Shown here: piece by piece, positions 58,731 to 64,000 of the stretch
Layout of the letters: every line of letters starts with the position of its first letter
Numbering within the stretch: the stretch's first letter is position 1
Assembly: GCA_964451805.1 (NCBI GenBank)
Contig: CAYVJI010000003.1
Coordinates: forward strand, 1,758-65,757
Direction: 5' to 3'
Origin: an uncultured Pelolinea sp.
Lineage (GTDB): Bacteria; Chloroflexota; Anaerolineae; Anaerolineales; Anaerolineaceae
DNA length: 64,000 nt
Notes under the pieces: model-generated
What the model was told of the DNA's origin: nothing
Databases searched by the model: none
The model's input: the letters and a program-made list of their open reading frames with translations, nothing else
Translations under genes and position numbers: made by a program

Positions 58731-59471
58731 ATGTCGAACTTTATTGGCAAGGATTTTTTACGATTTACTTCTTTTGAACATTTAGACCCATCAGCGCAAT
58801 CTCAGGGCGCTCCCCCTCCTGCTTTGGAACTGCCTTTACCCAAATCTGCTCAAGTGATCGATCTTCCAGATGGGAAAGTGTTGAAGCTGGCAAATATAGA
58901 TCTGATTGAATTAATCGAGAAGCGCGAAACTGTTCGGCAGTATTCATCCGAACCGTTGACCCTTGCTGAACTCGCTTTCCTTTTATGGGGTACACAAGGA
59001 GTTAAAACCATATCCGATAAAGGTTTTACGCGCCGCACGGTGCCTTCCGCCGGTTCACGTCATCCATTTGACACTTTTTTACTAGTAAATCATGTGGAAG
59101 GTTTGCAGCCTGGTTTTTACCGCTATATTGCTTTAGAACATAAGATTGCCCGCTTACCGGCTGAGGAGGATTTAACAGAGAAAATTGCTGAAGCCTGCCG
59201 CAATCAGCAACATATTGTCAATTCAGCCGTCACCTTCATTTGGGTCGCGGATATCCAGCGCAGCTATTGGCGTTTTGCGCAGCGCGCTTATCGTTACATT
59301 TTTCTAGATGCGGGGCATATATGTCAGAATTTATATCTTTTAGCGGGAGCGATTGGTTGTGGTGTGTGTGCGATTGCGTCCTACGATGATAATCAGGTCA
59401 ACGCCTTGTTAGGATTGGACGGTGAAAATTATTTTTCCGTCTACCTGGCGTCCTTAGGGAAGCGTCAATAA
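58731..59471 (+). CDS. SagB/ThcOx-family FMN nitroreductase-like protein
   Basis: R.TVR.Y, RTVPSAG.RHP, RAYRY..LDAGH..QN.YL motifs. Confidence 0.88.
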   Translation: MSNFIGKDFLRFTSFEHLDPSAQSQGAPPPALELPLPKSAQVIDLPDGKVLKLANIDLIELIEKRETVRQYSSEPLTLAELAFLLWGTQGVKTISDKGFTRRTVPSAGSRHPFDTFLLVNHVEGLQPGFYRYIALEHKIARLPAEEDLTEKIAEACRNQQHIVNSAVTFIWVADIQRSYWRFAQRAYRYIFLDAGHICQNLYLLAGAIGCGVCAIASYDDNQVNALLGLDGENYFSVYLASLGKRQ

Positions 59472-59583
59472 ATATTTTCCAAAACTTAAAAAAATCCCAT
59501 TTTTAAGGAAATTTTTGCAGTGATGAAAGGCCTGCATGCTATAATGACCTTGGTCATCAAATTGGTCATAATTCAAGGCTTGC

Positions 59584-62500
59584 ATGTCCTTCGTTCACCT
59601 TCATGTCCATACTCATTACTCACTGCTTGATGGTTTCAGCAATATCAAGAAATTGATGGAGCGCGCAAAAGAATACGGCATGCCGGCGGTTGCCATTTCA
59701 GACCATGGCACGATGTATGGAGCGGTTGAATTTTATAATACTGCCAAAGCTACCCAAATAAAACCGATCATTGGTTTAGAGAGTTATCTTTCTCCGCGGC
59801 GCATGACGGATAAAGATGCCCAATTTGATAAACGCGCCTATCACATCCTGCTTTTGGCTGAAAACAATACCGGTTATCGTAATTTGCTCAAGATTGCCAG
59901 TGCGGCTCAACTAGAAGGTTTTTATTATCACCCCCGAATTGATAAAGAGTTTCTCGCTTCCCACTCCGATGGTTTGATTGCCACATCTGCGTGTATGAAA
60001 GGAGAAATTCCAAATACCATAATGGAGCGCGGAACCGAAAGTGCCCAAACGCTCATGGATTGGTATTTTGACGTTTTTGGACGCGATCGGTTTTTCCTTG
60101 AATTACAGCGCCATGATCTTGCGGAGCTTGAACAGGTCAATCGAGTGTTGCTCGAAATTGGCAAGCGCTATAACGCTCGATTTGTTGCCACCAACGATGT
60201 CCATTACGTTGACCGTGAAGATGCCCGCTTGCAAGATATTCTGTTGGCTATTCAAACCGGAGCAGTGCTATCAGATCCCAACCGCATGCGCATGCAGGGT
60301 GATACGTATTATTTACGTTCCGCTCAGGAAATGAAGGACTTGTTTTCTGATATCCCTGAAGCCATTGAAAACACGCTCGAGATCGCTGATCGCTGCAATG
60401 CGATACTTGATCCCGATGGGTATCATCTTCCGTTGTTTGCGGTTCCGCCTGATCAGACAGTGGATTCTTATCTACGCGACTTATGCGCTGCAGGATTAAA
60501 AACAAGATATGGTATTCATGCATCTGATTCTGAAGTACAGCAGCGTTTGGAAAGAGAATTGGAAATCATTCATAAAATGGGCTTTGATGCCTATTTTCTT
60601 ATCGTGTGGGATTTATGCCGCTATGCTCGTGAGCATAACATCTGGTATGAAGCTCGCGGTTCAGCCGCTGGATCTATGGTTGCATATGTTCTTGGCATTA
60701 CCTTGGTTGAACCGATCCGTCACGGATTGATTTTTGAACGCTTTCTCAATCCAGATCGCATCAGCATGCCGGATATTGATCTGGATTTTCAAGATGACAA
60801 ACGCAATGAGATTATGGAATATTGCGCCAACAAATATGGGCATGATCACGTTGCACAAATAATCACTTTTGGCACCATGGGTGCGCGCAACGCCATACGT
60901 GATGTTGGACGGGTAATGGATATTCCGCTTGGTGAAGTTGACCAGATCGCCAAAATGATTCCCAATATCCCCAGCCGCCCAACCTCAATTCGTGACGCGC
61001 TTGATCAAGTGCAGGCGTTGAGAGAATTATATGAAAGCCAAGATTATCTGCATGAACTCATTGATGCTGCTGCTGGCATGGAAGGCGTGGCACGCAATGC
61101 GGGAACACATGCCGCAGGAGTGATTATTTCGGATAAACCCATTGTTGAATATGTACCCTTGCATCGCCCTACCAATAATTCGGAAGATGTTCCTATTCGG
61201 TCAGTTACTCAATATGAGATGTCTGTATTGGACCATCTGGGTTTGCTCAAAGTGGATTTTTTGGGTTTAGCTACTCTGACCACCATGCAGCGCGCCTGCA
61301 CGCTGATTCAAGAACGGCATCAAATTCGATACACACTTGGCAATATTCCCGTCGATGATCCAGAGACATTTGAGTTCTTAGGCAAGGGATTGACGGCTGG
61401 TGTGTTCCAATTGGAAGGCATTGGCATGACGCGCTTTTTAGTGCAAATGAAACCCACCAAGCTGGACCATATTATCGCTATGGTGGCGCTTTATCGGCCG
61501 GGACCTATGGAGTTTATCCCTTCATATATTAATCGCATGCATGGTTTGGAGGAAATTTCCTATCGCCATCCCATGCTGGAACCGATCATGAGTGAAACTT
61601 TTGGTTTTGCCATTTACCAGGAACAGGTTATGCAGGCAGCTATGCAGTTGGCTGATTATTCAGCTGCAGAAGCAGATATGCTGCGCAAGGTCATTTCCAA
61701 AAAGAAAGCCAATGAACTGGAACGTCACGAGAAAAAATTCGTGAATGGAGCGGTTGCCAAAGGCATTCAGCGCGAGACGGCAGAGGCAATTTTCCAGGAT
61801 TGGGAAGGTTTCGCACATTACGGCTTCAATAAAAGTCACGCGGCGGACTATGGCATTCTGGCGGTTCAAACTGCCTTCTTGAAAACCCATTTTCCCTTAG
61901 AGTACATGACTGCACTGCTTTCGCAATCCAAGAACGAAAGTGAAAAGGTGGCTTTGTATGTGGCGGATTGCCGTGCAATGAACATTGAAGTGTTGTCGCC
62001 CGATGTGAATTACAGTGCTTGGGATTTTAAAATTGAGGATCTAAAGAGTGGCGACCTATCTGCCATACGCTTCGGGTTGGGCGCTGTAAAAAATGTTGGT
62101 CAGAATTCGGTAGAAACCATCGTTGCTGCCCGAGGAGATAGATCATTCAAAGATATCAACGATTTTGCCAGGCGCGTAGATTTGCGTAAAGTGGGTCGGC
62201 GTGCTCTGGAATCGCTCATTCGCGTGGGCGCGCTGGATGCCTTCGCCGATCGCAGGGCTCTTTTGGATGGCTTGGAAAAAATCATGGCAGTCAGCGAGTG
62301 TCATTTTCGTGCACAAGAAGCCGGTCAAATGACTATTTTTGGTTTTGTGGAAGGATTAGAAGAAGAAATCCATCTGCCGACTGTGACCTCCTTGGATGCT
62401 CGTGAAAAATTGGAATGGGAACGAGAATTACTGGGAATATATTTATCCGATCATCCCTTATCGCCATTTTTAACGATCATCCGCAAACGCATCACCCACT

Positions 62501-63363
62501 TCTCGGCGCAGTTAAAAGAAGCTGCTCACAATAGCCCGGTGGTCGTGGCCGGGATGATGGGTCCAGTGCGCACGATTCTCACCAAAAAGGGCAGAGAAAT
62601 GGCGTTTGCCAGTTTAGAGGATATTCAGGGGAGTATTGAATTGGTCATTTTCCCGCGCACCTGGTCGGAACAAGCAGATGTGATCAAAAGCGGAGAGGTT
62701 TTGCTTGTCAAAGGCAAAGCGGATACTGAAAAGGCTGACCCTAAAATTCTGGTGGACGAATTCCAGGTGATTCGTTTGGCTGATGATGGCGATGTTTTAA
62801 ATTCAGAACTTGCAGGGGATGATCAAGATTGGATTGCGTCATTCGAATCCATCTCAAAAAATCAAGTTTTCAATGCCGAAGGCGGCATTTCACAAACAGA
62901 AGGAGATGTGGAAAGTTCATCTACCTCATTCGATGCCGGTTCGGTGCAGGAATCCTCTCCCCCATCAAACACTAAAAATAGTATTAATGATTCTTATGAT
63001 GCAAAGAGTGATCATGCTGAATTGGCTATTTCAGAAGATCCAGATCTTTCGGTCGGCTCGAGAGATGCGAATCTTCAGTTAGCAAATCAAGGCGAAAGCG
63101 AAAATGGGAATTCGAAAAATCTCTTGTTAACCTTATTAAGTTGCGGTTCGAAGGAACGTGATATTCGCCGTTTAAAACAGATCTATGGTTTTCTCACATC
63201 CACCCCCGGACCGGATCATTTCTCTTTCCTCTGCCAGGAGAATGACCACTCCTATCGTTTGGAATTCCCGAATGTGAATACATCCATTAATGACAGCTTG
63301 ATTCGTGAATTGAAGGGCATGATTGGGGAATCCAATGTGCTCGTTGAAGAAAAAAGGGTTTGA
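59584..63363 (+). CDS. dnaE: DNA polymerase III alpha subunit
   Basis: PHP domain HLHVHT.YSLLDG, RGSAAGS, PDIDLDF, KVDFLGL and YGFNKSHA motifs; OB fold. Confidence 0.98.
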   Translation: MSFVHLHVHTHYSLLDGFSNIKKLMERAKEYGMPAVAISDHGTMYGAVEFYNTAKATQIKPIIGLESYLSPRRMTDKDAQFDKRAYHILLLAENNTGYRNLLKIASAAQLEGFYYHPRIDKEFLASHSDGLIATSACMKGEIPNTIMERGTESAQTLMDWYFDVFGRDRFFLELQRHDLAELEQVNRVLLEIGKRYNARFVATNDVHYVDREDARLQDILLAIQTGAVLSDPNRMRMQGDTYYLRSAQEMKDLFSDIPEAIENTLEIADRCNAILDPDGYHLPLFAVPPDQTVDSYLRDLCAAGLKTRYGIHASDSEVQQRLERELEIIHKMGFDAYFLIVWDLCRYAREHNIWYEARGSAAGSMVAYVLGITLVEPIRHGLIFERFLNPDRISMPDIDLDFQDDKRNEIMEYCANKYGHDHVAQIITFGTMGARNAIRDVGRVMDIPLGEVDQIAKMIPNIPSRPTSIRDALDQVQALRELYESQDYLHELIDAAAGMEGVARNAGTHAAGVIISDKPIVEYVPLHRPTNNSEDVPIRSVTQYEMSVLDHLGLLKVDFLGLATLTTMQRACTLIQERHQIRYTLGNIPVDDPETFEFLGKGLTAGVFQLEGIGMTRFLVQMKPTKLDHIIAMVALYRPGPMEFIPSYINRMHGLEEISYRHPMLEPIMSETFGFAIYQEQVMQAAMQLADYSAAEADMLRKVISKKKANELERHEKKFVNGAVAKGIQRETAEAIFQDWEGFAHYGFNKSHAADYGILAVQTAFLKTHFPLEYMTALLSQSKNESEKVALYVADCRAMNIEVLSPDVNYSAWDFKIEDLKSGDLSAIRFGLGAVKNVGQNSVETIVAARGDRSFKDINDFARRVDLRKVGRRALESLIRVGALDAFADRRALLDGLEKIMAVSECHFRAQEAGQMTIFGFVEGLEEEIHLPTVTSLDAREKLEWERELLGIYLSDHPLSPFLTIIRKRITHFSAQLKEAAHNSPVVVAGMMGPVRTILTKKGREMAFASLEDIQGSIELVIFPRTWSEQADVIKSGEVLLVKGKADTEKADPKILVDEFQVIRLADDGDVLNSELAGDDQDWIASFESISKNQVFNAEGGISQTEGDVESSSTSFDAGSVQESSPPSNTKNSINDSYDAKSDHAELAISEDPDLSVGSRDANLQLANQGESENGNSKNLLLTLLSCGSKERDIRRLKQIYGFLTSTPGPDHFSFLCQENDHSYRLEFPNVNTSINDSLIRELKGMIGESNVLVEEKRV

Positions 63364-63472
63364 AGTTTATTTCCTCAATTAAAAAAAATATATTTTATAA
63401 GAAATTCTCTGCATTCTCCGAAAGTAATCATCAAATCGTTTTATTGTTATAAAGAAAAAAAGCTTTAATAAA

Positions 63473-63502
63473 AAAACCGCACGCTTCTGAAACAACGTGC
63501 GG
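63473..63502 (-). terminator. Likely terminator after lysS
   Basis: ccgcacg...cgtgcgg stem with an A7 flank (U tract on the minus strand). Confidence 0.6.
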
Positions 63503-63541
63503 AGAGAAGTAACCTCGGGTATTCAGAGCAGGAAGGAAGCT

Positions 63542-64000
63542 TTATTTGCTTTCATGCTCTCGTAAATGCGGGAACAGAATGACCTCACGGATGGAGCTTC
63601 TATTGGTGAAGAGCATGACAAGTCGGTCTACACCCATTCCGAAACCACCGTTGGGTGGCATGCCGTAAGACATTGCCTGCAGATAATCATCATCCATTGG
63701 ATGATGTTCTTCATCTCGTTCCGTGTACGCACGTCCCATTTCGAGAAAGCGTTTTTCTTGTTCCAAAGGGTCGTTCAATTCCGTGAACGCATTGCACAAT
63801 TCCATTCCACCAACAAAGCCTTCAAACCGTTCGACAGTCTGCGCATCCCCAGGTGTATTCTTTGCCAGCGGGGAAATGTCACGTGGATAATCATATAAAA
63901 AAGTTGGTTGGATGAAGTTGGGTTCCAGCAAATCACCAATCAGGGCATCGATCAGTTTACCGCGGGTGGAATCGGGTTTGGGGGTCATTCCTCGCTCTGC
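63542..64000 (-). CDS. lysS: Lysine--tRNA ligase (class II), C-terminal part, truncated by window edge
   Basis: [26 protein letters not shown] and YGMPP.GG.G.GVDRL motifs; frame is open to the window end. Confidence 0.95.
   Translation of the reverse strand, partial: AERGMTPKPDSTRGKLIDALIGDLLEPNFIQPTFLYDYPRDISPLAKNTPGDAQTVERFEGFVGGMELCNAFTELNDPLEQEKRFLEMGRAYTERDEEHHPMDDDYLQAMSYGMPPNGGFGMGVDRLVMLFTNRSSIREVILFPHLREHESK

Noticed and set aside
58731-59471. SagB/ThcOx gene as marker of a thiazole/oxazole RiPP cluster
   Set aside because: No YcaO, precursor peptide or transporter nearby; stand-alone homologues are common.

Overview
Core-genome window from a bacterium that most resembles a Chloroflexota/Anaerolineae organism. 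That assignment is inferred from the Gram-positive-type LexA box, CIRCE and T-box, the DUF3090/SCO1664 pair and the very long SecA. Contents in order: partial SDR, lexA with its SOS box, OsmC; hrcA-grpE-dnaK-dnaJ-prmA with a perfect CIRCE; kamA-like radical SAM and an aldo/keto reductase; T-box(Phe)-pheS-pheT; rpsB-tsf-pyrH; surE; two tandem CAP+LysM proteins; an NSS sodium symporter; PspC and SIMPL genes; frr-uppS-cdsA; an operon of M16 peptidase pair, acpS, metallophosphoesterase and ParB-like gene; rpsA, secA, lpdA; a complete A/V-type ATPase operon; murI-DUF3090-SCO1664-hom-folK-folP; rplS, uvrC, a DNPH1-like gene, cbpA-like dnaJ, htrA, murJ, a SagB-like gene, dnaE and partial lysS. No mobile elements, CRISPR arrays, rRNA or tRNA were seen. 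The most notable unannotated signals are: (1) a 28-codon aromatic/His-rich leader peptide (…YLEYLTWHFCWHYF…) with terminator/antiterminator ahead of the NSS transporter; (2) a candidate sRNA with CCUCCUCC loops upstream of cbpA; (3) a ParB-like/phosphoesterase gene pair; (4) a small leaderless gene that may be SOS-regulated; (5) a LexA with Ala-Ser at the cleavage site; (6) paired ECF-type promoters. All calls come from reading the sequence and recalling family motifs; no searches were run.
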